From NCBI RefSeq assembly GCF_009914755.1, contig NC_060935.1: a DNA stretch of 64,000 nucleotides, one strand, 5' to 3'. Positions 45,896-59,480 of the stretch are shown in pieces (within the stretch, counting starts at the first letter, position 1; each line of letters opens with the position of its first letter). The DNA comes from the human T2T-CHM13v2.0 reference genome, Homo sapiens. A model generated the notes under the pieces. That model did no database searches. It saw only the letters and a program-made list of their open reading frames with translations, and was not told the origin of the DNA. A program made the translations under genes and the position numbers.

Positions 45896-46879
45896 CTATC
45901 AGGTAACATGTCATACCGAAATGATCCATGTGCATATCTTTCTCTTTCACTAGACTGTGCGCTAAAGGCAGAGATAGGCCTTCCTTCTCTTTGTACCTCT
46001 AATATTCAGCACATAGTGGCTATTCAATAACTGAAGTAACAATGCTGGAAAATTGGAATAATAATCTCTTTCTGGCTATTCCACAGGGCTATGGGTTTTA
46101 AGCATGATAAAGCATGTGAAAGCCCAGGACAGTGATAAGGCACCATTCAAACGTATGGTGCTCTTCCTACGGCACATCATTGATACTCTTGCTCTAGCCT
46201 CTTCAGGAGGTGGAGAGTCATATATGAATCTGTTATTTCCCGCCACAAGCAGACACAAAATAAAATGCCAGCTAAAAACCTCACTCCTTTCAGATTCAAC
46301 TTCTAAGAAATGAATCATTAGGTCATATGCTGAGTTGAAGCATATTAAACCATCCAGAAGTCCTGAAGCTACCCTGAAAGGCATAAAAAGTCTCACAATG
46401 TCTGCCTCCCTTTCTTTAAGGTTTTCTTTAACAAATACCTTCACACTTTTCCAGAAGGTGTCAATATTTACATCTGCTGAGTTTGCTGTCAAGCTTAATA
46501 GAAGGCAGGAATAGACGTCTGAGTCCCCAAGGTGTGGACACAGAACTCAGAGAAGTCCCACTCATCTGGGGTTTCTGCTCACTATGCAATGCTGCTCTTA
46601 CCTGAAAACATGACCCCTTTGCACCAACCCGCTGTGACCAACACAACGGTGAAAATTCTGTACAGATGTGAACAAATGGAGTGAACAAAGAAGGTGAGGA
46701 TGAAAGATGAGATCTCCTGATCTTGCTGGTGCCCTAGGCCCATCCCCACTGATGACATTCATTCACTCATTCACTCATTAATTCATTCATTCAACAATTA
46801 TCTTGAGAGCCTACTCCAAGCCAAATTGTGCTGAGAATTCATTGCCTTTGTAGAGAGAACAAGGCACCACAGGGATTTC

Positions 46880-47350
46880 TCAGGCGCACTATTGCCTTGC
46901 AGGAAGGGCCAGGGCCTGGCGGGGCCGGGGGGCGGGGGCAAGAGGAAAGCTAATACCTCTAATATTGTCTGCCAGTCAGAAGGCCACACCGGGATTGGAA
47001 AGGGAAGGGTTCCCGGGCCTTCTCCACCCTTGTGCCCAGGAAACCAAACCTCGCAGCTATTGTTTTCATCGAAACCCTAAGCCATGGGCTCGGCTGCGGC
47101 CTCTCAAAGGCCCCCACCAGCGCCACCCTCAGCTCTTCGCCCAGGATCCCCCGAGGCTGCGCCCTCCGCCTGGTACTCGCTTTCGCCCAGCTGCCCGCCC
47201 CTGCGCCACCCCGGCGCACCTTAGGGGCTGGAGGCTGGCTCGGCGAGGTTGTAGCTGGGACCGCGAGGTTGCCCCCCATCTAATCAGCCCCGCAGTGCCT
47301 CGCCAACTCCGGAAGATTTCAAGGAGTTGTGCCTGATAGTTTGCCACGAA
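46880..47350. promoter_or_regulatory. Small non-repeat CpG island; candidate promoter or enhancer
   Basis: About 29 CpGs in ~470 bp (counted by eye), GC boxes (GGGGCGGGG) and an ETS-like CCGGAAG, in an otherwise CpG-poor window. Confidence 0.65.
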
Positions 47351-48184
47351 TCTCCAAATGCTGAACTACCAGTTTACTCCATACCCTGCATTTCCCAGAG
47401 GTAGAGCTGAGGTCCAGGGACAGCACTGCTGCCCAAAATAACACTGCTGGTTAGTGGCACAATGAGGCCCAAACCCAAGGTCCTCTATCACTAGCACTAA
47501 TGACAACAAAAGCAATGTCTATTTAGGGAGCGCTTGCCATATGCTAGGCCCTGTGAACATTTTAGGTACGTTATTTCATTCATTCTTCTCAGCCACAACC
47601 AGAGATGGCATTTGTATCTCTGTACAAATTAAGGCACCGAGAAATTAAACAGTGCCTGAACAGCAATAAGCAGTAAGTAGCAGGGAGAGGTTTCCATCCA
47701 TTTTACCCGGTGATAGATTCCGGCTGATGTCAGGGAACTCATTCTCTGTCGTGTGCATACCTGGCTGTTAACAAACTTTGGTATACTTTAAGATGCTTAA
47801 AAGGAATGAGCTGCGTTGTTTTTATTTGTGTACATCCAGGGGACAGAATACCATTGCTGGCCTAAACTGGGCCCAATTAATGATTTTTTTGGTCTTGCTA
47901 TTCACATAAAACATGAATAAAAACATCTTGTAGTGTATATACGTACATGTATATTTTTGTATTGTATCTACTTTTTGTTATATAGATTGACTGATGGATA
48001 ATGTTGGACATATGCCTAGAAAGAAAAACTGTTCGCTGTAGCATCCTCATGCATAACACTGAACCTGGCACATTCTAAGTGTATGATAAATGTTTATTGA
48101 ACAAATTAATGATTTTTTTTTCAATCAAAATGTTAGCAGTGGTGTTAGGGAAATTGTCATTTTAAAAATACTTTTCTATAGGGA

Positions 48185-49100
48185 ACTTTTTTAAAATTGT
48201 GGTAAGAGCACTTAACATGAGATCTATCCTCTTAACAATTTTTTGTTTTTTTTGAGACAGGGTATCACTCTGTCACCCAGGCTAGAGCACACTGTGCCAT
48301 CATGGCTCCCTGCAGCCTCTTGGGCTCTAGCAGTCCCCCCATCTTAGCCTCCCGAGTAGCTGAGACTGCAGGTGTACACCACCACGCCCAGATAATTTTT
48401 GTATTTTTCGTAGAGACAGAGTCCCTCTATGTTGCCCAGGCTGGTCTCAAGCTCTTGGGCTGAAGTGATCCGCCTGCCTTAACCTCCCAAAATGCTGGGA
48501 TTTCAGGTGTGAGCCACCACGCTGGCCTTAACAAATTTTCAAGTGCATAGTGCCGTCGTTTTAACTGTAAGTGCAATGTTGTAGAGCAGTTCTCTAGAAC
48601 TTATCCAGCTGCATAACTGAAACTTTATACCCAGTTGAATAGCAGCTCTATTTTTCCCTACCCCCAGTGCCTGCAACCACCATCTATTCTCTGCTCCTAC
48701 AAGTTTGACTATTTCAGATTCCTCGTCAGTGGGAATCACGCAGTAGTTGTCCTGTGACTGGCTTATGTCACTTAGCATAATGTCCTCAAGATTCATTCAT
48801 GTTGTTGCATATGGCAGGATTTCCTTCCTTTTTAAGGCTGAAAAATATCCCATTGTATGTATATGACACATTTTCTTTATCTACAGACATTTAGGTTGTT
48901 TCCACATGTCAGCTATTGTGAATAATGCTGCAATGAACATGGGAGTGCAAGATCCTGATTTCAATTCTTTTTAATAAATACCCAGAAGTGGGATTATTGA
49001 TTGGATCACATGGTAATTCTATTTTTAATTTTTTAAGGAAACTCCATACTGCTTTCCATAGCAGCTTCACCATTTTGCATTCTCACCAACAATGTACAAG
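48185..49100 (-). mobile_element. L1MB/L1MA-type 3' end, split by an AluJ
   Basis: aattgtggtaagagcacttaacatgagatctatcctc...ctggcttatgtcacttagcataatgtcctc. Confidence 0.85.
48240..48527 (-). mobile_element. AluJ
   Basis: TSD CTTAACAA(A)TTTT. Confidence 0.9.
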
Positions 49101-49574
49101 GAAACACATATTTTTAATAATCAAAATATGTACATATCTATAATTTTGGCCTTTTGGAAAACAAGTCCAAAGTCACAGGAGTTCATGAAGGTGTTCACAG
49201 TCTTCAGTCAGTTTACTCCTACAGATTGATCCCAGGGAGGAACAGGAGGAAATAAGAAATGCCCTTGGGCTGTCCCAGAAACCTGCTGCTTCCTTGCAGC
49301 CACTTCCTAGGACTCACTGGTCCAGTGTGAGGGAAGCAATTGGATAAATGATGCTAGTTCAACACTATGGGATACTGTGTAGCTACTCCATAATAGTAAT
49401 TACAGAAACTTTGCGGTCCATATAATCTGTAGAAACATGGAAAATGTTTATTAGGTAATAATAAACATTTTTAGGTTAACTGAAAAATATCAGATGTGAA
49501 AGTGGTGTGAGGGGGGTGGGGTTTATATAATTCATTGTTATTTTCATTTTCAACTATTGTAATGGTTTCTATCC

Positions 49575-49730
49575 TTGTTCATCAGAGTGTGGCCCACTCA
49601 AGCAGCAGCAATATCAGCTAGGTTCACCCTGGAGCTCGTTAGAAATGCAGAATTTTTAGCCCCACTCCAGATCTACCAAACCAAAATTTGCATTTTATCA
49701 AGATTCCCAAGTGATTCGTATGTGCCTTAT
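49575..49730. mobile_element. MER5A/B
   Basis: agagtgtggccc...gttagaaatgcagaatttttagccccactccagatctac. Confidence 0.75.
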
Positions 49731-52045
49731 GGCTTATCTTTTTCTTTTTTTTTTTTTAATGTATTTGTTGAAGGAGCTCCTTAATTTGGTCTTCAAGCCA
49801 TCTACAGATGAGGGGATAAGATTTAAGTTAAGTGACTTAACCAGAGTTGTGCACCATGTAATGTCAGCTGTCAAGCCCAAGTCCCCTGATTCTGAGGCTA
49901 CAGCTAAATTCAGGCTAGCCACAGCCTGCCTGGCCTTGTGTTTCTGTGCCAGGCCTTCCTCCATATGGCCTGAGGTGGCCCACCCACTGTCACCTTCCTT
50001 AGGCTAAACAGCATGGGCAGTGACTACCATCAACAAGGGCCCCTATTTCAGTAAAAAGAGGACAGGCTGAGGTTTCTGAAAACATTCCTGTCTCTCCCAT
50101 GGGTTCCTGATAGCACTCCCCTGAACCCAATCCAAGGGGCTGAGGATTCGTGTTTGTGAGCCACCTTGGAGTGGTGGAGATGAAAGTAAGCAGGGCAGAG
50201 GGCCACCACACATCAATTGAAGCCACCTGGCTCTCATCTAGTTCAACTGCATCCATTTTCAGAAGAAGAAACATACCCGGAGAGGGAAGTGACTTGCCTT
50301 AAGCAACAAAGCTAAATTCAAGGCTAAGAGGAGAGGCTGGCATAGAGGGCAACCCGGATATGGGAATTCAGGGTAGTGTGGTTGGGAGCACCTGAAAAGA
50401 CACCTGCCATGTGGGGAAGGAACAGGGATGTCCAGAGTACTCCCTGAAGAACAGGTGTGTAGTATCCTCCCATAATGCTGTGATCCTTTGTCATTAATGT
50501 ACCCCTTTCTAAGCAAAAGTTTATCCTAGCTCTCCGCACTGAGAAAGGCTTGCTCCCTGTCCTGTGTGTTGTGCATCCTCAAGTGCCTTTACCCTCGTCA
50601 ACCACTGACAAAGCAGAATGAGAGTCATCTGAAAGGTGGATTTAAATAAATAAAATTAACTCTTTAGTTAAGGTCTGCTGAAAAGGCATGATTTTATTGC
50701 ACACTCACAATATGACAGGTGCTGTGCTACTCATCAACACTCTTTTCAAAACAGGATTTGGAGACAGGATTCTTCAAAAGAGAACTGCACATTCAACTAA
50801 ACATGTCCAAAAAACTTCAACTCTTTTGAATTAGTCTCCAAATCTACACAAACCATAGAAAATAGAAGATCATTAAAATACATGATTATACACAGACAAA
50901 TGGACAAATGAAACAGTAATTAATATTGCTTGAGCTCAGATTGCTCCTGTAAGATCTGCAGAAATCGTATGATGGGGTAAGGTTTTCTAGAACAATATTT
51001 CATCAGGAGATAATGGCAGTATCTCATTAGACTAAAAGGAGATGATAGATGCTGGAAGATCAGTTTTCATACAGCTCTTCTCTGTTCATAATAATACTGT
51101 GCACCTTCTCCAAATGACAAAGAAGTAAATTCATACTCCATCAAAATAACCTCAAAACAGTGAGCCATTTCAGGGTTTTAAAAATTAGTCCAGAATTGTT
51201 TGGCCCCCGTAAAAAGACTCTGCTACAAAACTTAGATTGCACGTAGGTAGAATATGTTTTAGTATTTTGCAGGTAAAAAATAACATATGGTTAACTATAA
51301 ACAAGGAATATACGTGCAAAGTATTTATATCCTTAACATTTGCTACTCAAAGGTAATTTCTAAAGTATGTAGAATGAGCTAATTTTTTTTAAATAAAAAA
51401 AGCCTTCCTTGAAGTGCCCGCTTTTGGCATTCTAAATATTCTCTCTCTCAGACACACACACTCTCCATCCACTTCCTCTCTAATCATGGTGTATAGATGC
51501 AAGCAGTATCGTTGGTTCTATGACAATACTTTTAAAACTACAAAACCAAGTTCTCCCACTTTAATAGATGATACATTTGTTTGTTTTCCCATTATGTGAC
51601 TCATCTATTAGAGTGGGAGAAAGGTTTTTGGTTTTTTTTTAAACGCTGTGCTCCCAGCAATAAGGATAGTCAATGGCACAAAATAGGTGTTCAATGAATA
51701 ATTAATTCACAGTGAATTCTCTTACCTTTGCTCTCCTATATCTTCTAAATGTCCCATGTATGATTTTTATAATAAGAAGTAAAAATAATAAGTTATTTTT
51801 AGAAGTACCAGAATCTCAAAGTGACCAGTATGGATCAGTACATGATGAGTTCTAAAGGGTAAAGATTTCCTTATTTGTCATCACGTCCTCAGTACCTGCC
51901 CCCAAGTAGGTGACTAAACAAGTTTCATGATTAGATGAATAAATTAATTAGGGAATGATTGAATTATAAATAAAAAAGAGCAGGAGAGTATTTTATATAT
52001 AATTAGCTTATAAGGAATCCTATCCCTTTCCACCACATCACTTTC

Positions 52046-52430
52046 TTTTTAAATTATTTTTATATAGAAATATTTTAATTTACTTTTTATTATTATAAAT
52101 ACATGGGGTACATGTGCAGGTTTGTTACGTGAGTATATTGCATAATGCTGATGTTTGGGCTTCAAGTGAACTCATCACCCAAATAGTGAACATAGTACCC
52201 CAAAACTTCCAACAGGTAGTTTTTCAACCCTGGCCTCCTTCCATCCTCCTCCCTTTTGGAGTCTCCAGTATCTAATATTTCCATCTTTATGTGCATATGT
52301 ACCCATTGATTAGCTTCCACTTATAATTGAGAACATGCAGTATCGGATTTTGTTTGTGAGTTATTTCACTTAGGATAATAGCCACCAGCTGCATCCATGT
52401 GGCTATGACATGATTTCATTCTTTTTCACA
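52046..52430 (-). mobile_element. L1PA16-like 3' end
   Basis: ggggtacatgtgcaggtttgttac...tcacccaaatagtgaacatagtaccc; TSD CACATCACTTTC. Confidence 0.85.
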
Positions 52431-52517
52431 TCACATCACTTTCAAATTTGTTTTTGTAGTTTTAAAAGTATTGTCATAGAACCAACAATATTGCTTGCAT
52501 CTATACACCATGATTAG

Positions 52518-52853
<336 letters not shown>

Positions 52854-52999
52854 TAAAATGTTTTTGTATATGCATCTCCAGATTGGTGAAAATAAGAAAG
52901 AGGGTGGTGATAAGCAGAAAAAGACAAGACAAGAAGGTTTTGCACCAAAAGATTATAGACATAACCATAGGCTTTGTTGTCATTGTTGTTACTGTTGTT

Positions 53000-54260
53000 T
53001 ACTACTGAATTATGTGATGGTTATCTTTGTACTTACCCTATTGGAGATTCATTAAACTTCTTAAATCTGAGAACATATGCATTTCATTACATTTGGAAAG
53101 CTTTTAGATATAATTTCTTCAAAAATGTCTTCTGCCCCATTTTCTAGCTTCTAGTCTTTGGGACTCCAATTGCACACATGTTAGGCCTTTGATATTGGCC
53201 TACTTTCCCTGAGGCTCTGTTCATTTTTTTTCCAATTTTTCTTCTCTCTGTTCTGCAAGTCAGTGATTTCTACTGACTGCTCTTCAAGTTCACTAACCCT
53301 TTCTTCTGTCATCTACAATTTACTGTGAAGTTCAATCAGGGAATTTTTTATTTCTCATATTGCATTTTTTGTATATGATTCAATTCCATTTGGTTCTTTT
53401 TTTAATTTCTATTTCTCTAGTGTAATTTCCTATTTGTTAATTCATTATAAGTCTATTCTCATGTCCTTAACCACGGTTATAATAACTACTTTAAAATTCT
53501 CGTCAACTAATTCCAACATATGGTTCATCTCAGAGCTTGTCTCTATTAGCCCTTTCTCTTAAATATGAGTCATGTTTCCCTGTTTCTTTATAATAATTTT
53601 GGATTATGTCTTGGACATTGTGAGTGATATGTTGTAGGGACTCTGTCTTTTGTTACATTCATCCAAAAAGTGTTATTTTTATTTGTTTGTTTGTTTTAGC
53701 CAGTAATTAACATGGCTAAATTCAATCTCTATCTCTCACTAAAACAGACACCAAGTGAAATCTCTGTTTAGTTGTTTTGGCCTTAGTTGGGCTGCTTGAC
53801 GTCTGTCTTACACATGCATAGTTCAGAGAATTGCCAGAGACTTAGGTAGAGTTTTATACATAAAATTTTGGGCTCCCTTTCCATTGTTTTATCCTTTCTT
53901 GGATCCTCCTGCCCTTGATCCCAATTTACAGCTGCTATAGTTACCCTGAATGCTTCCCTCTTATTCTTCTATTTGGTAAGACTGCATCTATCTGCATTTT
54001 AGCTGCCCTGCTTAGTACTCACTGGGGTCTGCCCTCAGGCAAAAAAAAAAAAAAACAAACCTATTAAAAATGCATATTTCACACATGATAGTCTTTTTGT
54101 CCAAATGCTGGCTCTTGTCTAGCGTTTGTTTTTGGTTCTTCTCCATAGCCTTCAGGTTTGTATTGGTGTTTTTTTTTTTTTCAATAGTCTACTGTTTTTA
54201 TTTGTGGAAGGGTTGGTCTTATAGGAACTATTCTGCCAGTAGCAGAAGTGGAAACTCAGA
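53000..54260 (-). mobile_element. Old L1M 5'/ORF1-region fragment
   Basis: gggactccaattgcacacatgttagg...tcttcaagttcactaaccctttcttctg; homologous to 11300-12530. Confidence 0.75.
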
Positions 54261-54289
54261 TTTCCATATTTTAGAAAGTATTCTAAAGG

Positions 54290-55250
54290 AGTGTTGAGAA
54301 TGGATCTGAAATGAGACTAGGGATAGAGAAACCAGTCAGGATATATAGCAGCCACCCAGGGAAAAGGTAATGAGAGTTCACAGAACAGCAGCAATCAAGT
54401 GCAATGAAAGTTTGTATTTGCAAGCTCCAGACTCTTAAATTCCAACTCTGCAGTAAAATAGCTAAAAACAGTCTGAACTAAAATATCAAGAGTTTTTGGA
54501 TAGAGATGTAGGTTGTGGTGAGAGGGGAGGCAATGATCTTGAGTGGTATTTTCCTATGAAGTGTGAGAAGGGAAGTGGACCAGAGGTTGAACCCTGGAGA
54601 AGAGGCAGGGAGTGATAGGACAACAGGGTAGCTAAGAAAAGTCAGAGAAGCTGGAAACTGGTTGTGATGACACTGAGACTAGAAAGTTGTGGCCAGACCC
54701 GGTAGCTTATGCCTGTAATCCAAATGTTTTCGGAGGCTGAGGCGGGTGGATCACCTGAGGTCAGGAGTTTGAGACCGGCCTGACGAATGTGGTGAAACAC
54801 CATCTCTACTAAAAAAAAAAAAAAAAAAAAAACCTCAAAGATTAGCCAGACACAGACGTGGTGGCGTGTGCCTGTAGTCCCAGCTACTCAGGAGGCTGAA
54901 GCAGGAGAATTGCTTGAACCCAGGAGACAGAGGTTGCAGCAAGCCGAGATCGTGCCACTACACTCCAGCCTGGGTGACAGAGTGAGACTCCATCTCAAAA
55001 AACAAAAAACAACAAAAGAAAGAAAGTTGCAAAAGGAGTGTTACTGATTAATAACATTGAATGCCTCAAATTAATCAGGTAAGCTGAGGTCCAAAAAACT
55101 CCCATTGGATTTGCAATTGGAAAGTCACTGGTGACCTTTGTGAGAACAATTTCAGATGGTGGAAAAGGCACATTGGAGAGGGTTAAAAAGTGAATGGAAG
55201 GTGAGGAAGAGCACAGCATCCTATGTCATAGATGCCTTCAAAGCATTTCA
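54290..55250 (-). mobile_element. L2 fragments split by an Alu
   Basis: cccattggatttgcaattggaaagtcactggtgacctttgtgag. Confidence 0.65.
54691..55020 (+). mobile_element. AluS with expanded central A tract
   Basis: TSD AGAAAGTTG. Confidence 0.92.
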
Positions 55251-56299
55251 CTCGATTTCCCTTGTTCTTTTTCCACATAAAATTTCTACAAATTTCATAA
55301 TCGTGTATCACACAATTTTCAAAAAATGTAATTAATCTATATTTTGTTTCAGTTTTTATGTGACTGTCTTTGAAAAAAGTACCATCTGATTGTTCTTTCA
55401 AAATAACAGAAATAAACAGTTGGAAAAAAGGATTATAATGTGGCAGAACCTTTTTTCCCCTTTTTAGTTGACATGTAATCATTGCACATATAAAAACTTT
55501 CAATAATTCTGATTTGAATGTGTTAAGTTTCAAAACATCTGAGTGGGTGTCAATTAAACTGTTCCAAGTCTGGAATTTAGAAGAGAGTTTTAAGCCTTAT
55601 ACATTTTTTAAAAGTTTAATATCCCGTTTAGAATGTACTGAGTTGCTGAGAGCATCTCAGATTTTGAAAAAGTTTCAGAATATAAATGGGAATACAAATG
55701 GGGCACAAATAACCACGAGGGCTTTAGTGAGTGTATCAGGATTCAGTTTTACAGCATAGAGACGTGATTAACCTCATAGCCTGCCTTTCTGGGAACAGCT
55801 GAGAAGGAAGGAGGACCAGAGCACATGGCACAGCAGTTGGGAACCATCAATCGCATCAGTCCAGCTGCCTGGGAACTTTAAAATGGAGAGCGTTTAATTG
55901 GAAAGACCCGAATTTTACTAAGAGGCCAGGGGATTCATGGGAACATGAAAGGAGTGAGACTAGGATTAAGTTTTTTGAGCAAAGGAGAGTAGAAGAAAAC
56001 TCTTACATCACAAGTAATGATGTTCTGGTAAGACAGAAAACTCAGGGTGGGTTAGGGAGCACCAGGCACACCCAGAGTGTGGCAATAGGTAGTGTTGGCT
56101 CAGGAGTTAAAGAGACTTAGGTGTAAAGCCTGGCTTTGAACTTGGGACAGTTTTTTATCCTCTTTGAATTCTAGTTCCTTCATTTATAAAACAGTAATAA
56201 TACAGTAATAATGTCTACTCTGGAGGCTTATAAGGAAATGAGATAATGTAAGAAAAGAGGCCGGTGATGTCACTCAATAAGGCAAATATCTGCTTAGAG

Positions 56300-56390
56300 T
56301 CGTAATAATAATATATATTATATATATAAAACTAATATATAATGTATATAAGTAATATATATATAACATATAATTATATATAATACATAT
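56300..56390. repeat. AT-rich (TA)n low-complexity tract
   Basis: Visible directly. Confidence 0.85.
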
Positions 56391-56537
56391 TTAGCCACTG
56401 TGCCTGGCTAAAGTGGTAATAATATAGTAACTGAAAGATAGAAAATTTAAATGTCCAACAATAGATTGACCAACTAAATTATAGAGCAACTGTATAATGA
56501 AATATTATATTTGTAATTATATTTGAAAGAGCATAAT

Positions 56538-56848
56538 GGGTCAGGTGTGGTGGCTCATGCCTGTAATCCCAGCGCTTTGGGAGAGACTGAGGCAGGTGGA
56601 TCACTTGAGGCCAGGAGTTCAAGACCAGCCTGCCCAACATGGTGAAACCCTGTCTCTACTAAAAAAATACAAAAAAGTTAGCCAGGCATGGTGGCACACA
56701 CCTGTAATCCCAGCTACTCAGGAAGCTGAGGGACAAGAATTGCTTGAACTCAGGAAGCAGAGGTTACAGTGAGCCGAGATCACACCACTGCATTCCAGCC
56801 TGGGTGACAGAGCAGGACTCTGTCTCAAAACAAAACAAAACAAAACAA
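56538..56848 (+). mobile_element. AluS within L1ME-like 3' fragments (~56440-57090)
   Basis: TSD AAAG(A/T)GCATAAT; (CAAAA)n tail. Confidence 0.92.
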
Positions 56849-57736
56849 AGTGCATAATATATAAGGAAGTATTTGTCATATAAAGTTATATGACCAGACC
56901 AGAATAAATAATGCATACAAATATAATATTTAAAAAGAAAGTTTATACATCAAAATGTTAAAGTGATTGTAGTTTAGACTGAGAGATTTTGGTTTTCTTT
57001 TTACAAAAAAAACCCATAAACACGAATTTTGGTAGCTTTCTGAGTTTTCTATGATGAGAATTGCTTTTATAAGAATATGGAATTTTAATTGGAGATAATA
57101 AATAGTGGATGTTTTCATGTCACTGGTGTTACCCTTATCAGTGTATTGTTCTTATTTGCTGTTCCCCAAATCCACCTCTGGCTTTACCCCTGGGAAAATG
57201 GCAACAATCCAGCAGAAACCAAATCTGTGGACCTAGAGGAATTAAAAGGATTTTTCTTCATTTACTTTGGGTGGTTTTGTCTGGCTGGGTGTGCCTCATA
57301 CTGACAGGAAGTGTGTGTCACCAGAAAAGAATTTAATTCTTTGCAGCAAAAAGATGGTTAGTGGAAAGAGAGAAAAACACTCATGAGTGCTTCTCACAGA
57401 TTCGGCTTCATTGTGTCAAACTGGCTCCCCTTCCCAGTTGGACCCACCCAGAGAAGAGGTGCCCCCACTCAGAATCCACACTGTTCCAACAGACCAGGAA
57501 TGTGTAGGGGCCTCCCAGTACACCAAGAGGCCAGCTTGTTTGACCCCCGGTGTATAAACCTGGCTTTGCCTCTTGAAAGAGTAACCACCCCTCTCTGTGC
57601 CTCAGTTTCTCAACTGTAAAACTTATACGTCTGCCACCCCCACTAAAAAGTGAGTCCCTGTGAGCACAAGGACAGAGCTTTATACCTTTCTGTATCCGTA
57701 CAGCTTAGCCCAGCACCGAGGCTCAGTTCATGTCTA

Positions 57737-58102
<366 letters not shown>

Positions 58103-59199
58103 AATTTGTGATCGTGGGCCTCTGGTGTAATATTTCTGGGGAAAAAAATTAAGGCAAACATAGGGAAATGTTAAGATCTGATAAGTCTGTATGGTAGACA
58201 CATGAATGGATCTAACTAATATCCATATTAATCACTGATTTTCAGTTTCCTTGTCCACAAAATAATATCTACTTCATTGAGACTTTTGTGTCTTGAACAA
58301 GAAGTGTTAGGTCAAGTGCTTAGCACATTTGTGTCCTAACTCTTTTCTTGCAGCAAGAGGAATGAAAGGTAGCTCTCATTACTTGATTTTTTAATTCTAA
58401 TGCTTAAAATCGGACTATCTGATTTGTAGGATCTGACCACAGTCATCCTGGCTATCATCCCACAGTGGCTGTGTCCCATAGTGACATAGATATTTCAATG
58501 GAGAAAAGATTGGACCACATTAGGGCAGATGATTGATCTCAGCCAATATCTCACCCAGTATTGGAAGCCTTCCACAGTAATGTATGAAAGTATAATTGAT
58601 TGCCTATTCATTTACCAAACACCACATGCTGGGCATTGCACCAAGCACAGGAAATTAATAGATGCGAAGACCTAATTCCCTGGCCACAAAAAATTCACTG
58701 TGTAGTAGCAGAGACAGAGGCAGAAACAAATTATTTCAATAGAATTCAGTATATGCTAGATTATTAGCCCAAAGGAAGAAGTAAAACATTTACCCACACT
58801 TAGCAATCACATTTAGCTATTTCATTTTTAGTAATGAGGCCTATAGCTCTCACATACCTTTGAATTTTAGAAAATGTTAAGATGACTCTTTTTGCTGAAA
58901 ATAAAAAGATATCACCTTCACAAAGGATGAGCTCATTTACGTAGGAAATAAAATAAAGCTATTGTGTCAGTATATACAGAAATGAATGTAAATGCAGAGA
59001 TGAAGCTTGGGCAGGGAACACACCATTGCCAAAGTGCTTATTGGGAGAGAGGAGAAGGTAATAGGAGGGTGGTGAGAAGGTTGTTCCCTTGTTTCCCATA
59101 TATTTCTGTATTATTTGAAGATTTTAAATCAAAGATGTATTCTTATATTGTTTATGTTATAATTGCATTATTGTCTATGTACAGAAAGAAAGAAAGAAG

Positions 59200-59480
59200 T
59201 CTTCTCCCAGATATCCACATCTGCTTCAGATCTTTGTTCAAATGTCACTTTCTGAATATCCTATTTTTAAATTGCCACCTCACCACCATTAAAATCCCCA
59301 TCCCCTTCTCTGTCTTCATAGCATTTACCACAATCTGACATCCTATATATTTTACTTTTTTACAAAATATTATTGTCTGTCTCTCCCAGACAATTAGAAT
59401 GTAGGCTCTGTGAGAGCTGAGATTAGTGTGTGCCAGCTTTACAGCTGTAAACCCAGGGCCGAGGACATATACCAGGTGTT
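59200..59480 (+). mobile_element. L2 3' fragment amid L1ME-like remnants (~58900-59630)
   Basis: cttcagatctttgttcaaatgtcac...attgtctgtctctccc...tagaatgtaggctctgtgag. Confidence 0.7.

Noticed and set aside
55183-55759. 116-aa and 81-aa ORFs in an AT-rich unique block, as a possible retrocopy or transposase
   Set aside because: No recognisable motif, non-ATG starts, and no poly(A) tail or TSD seen.
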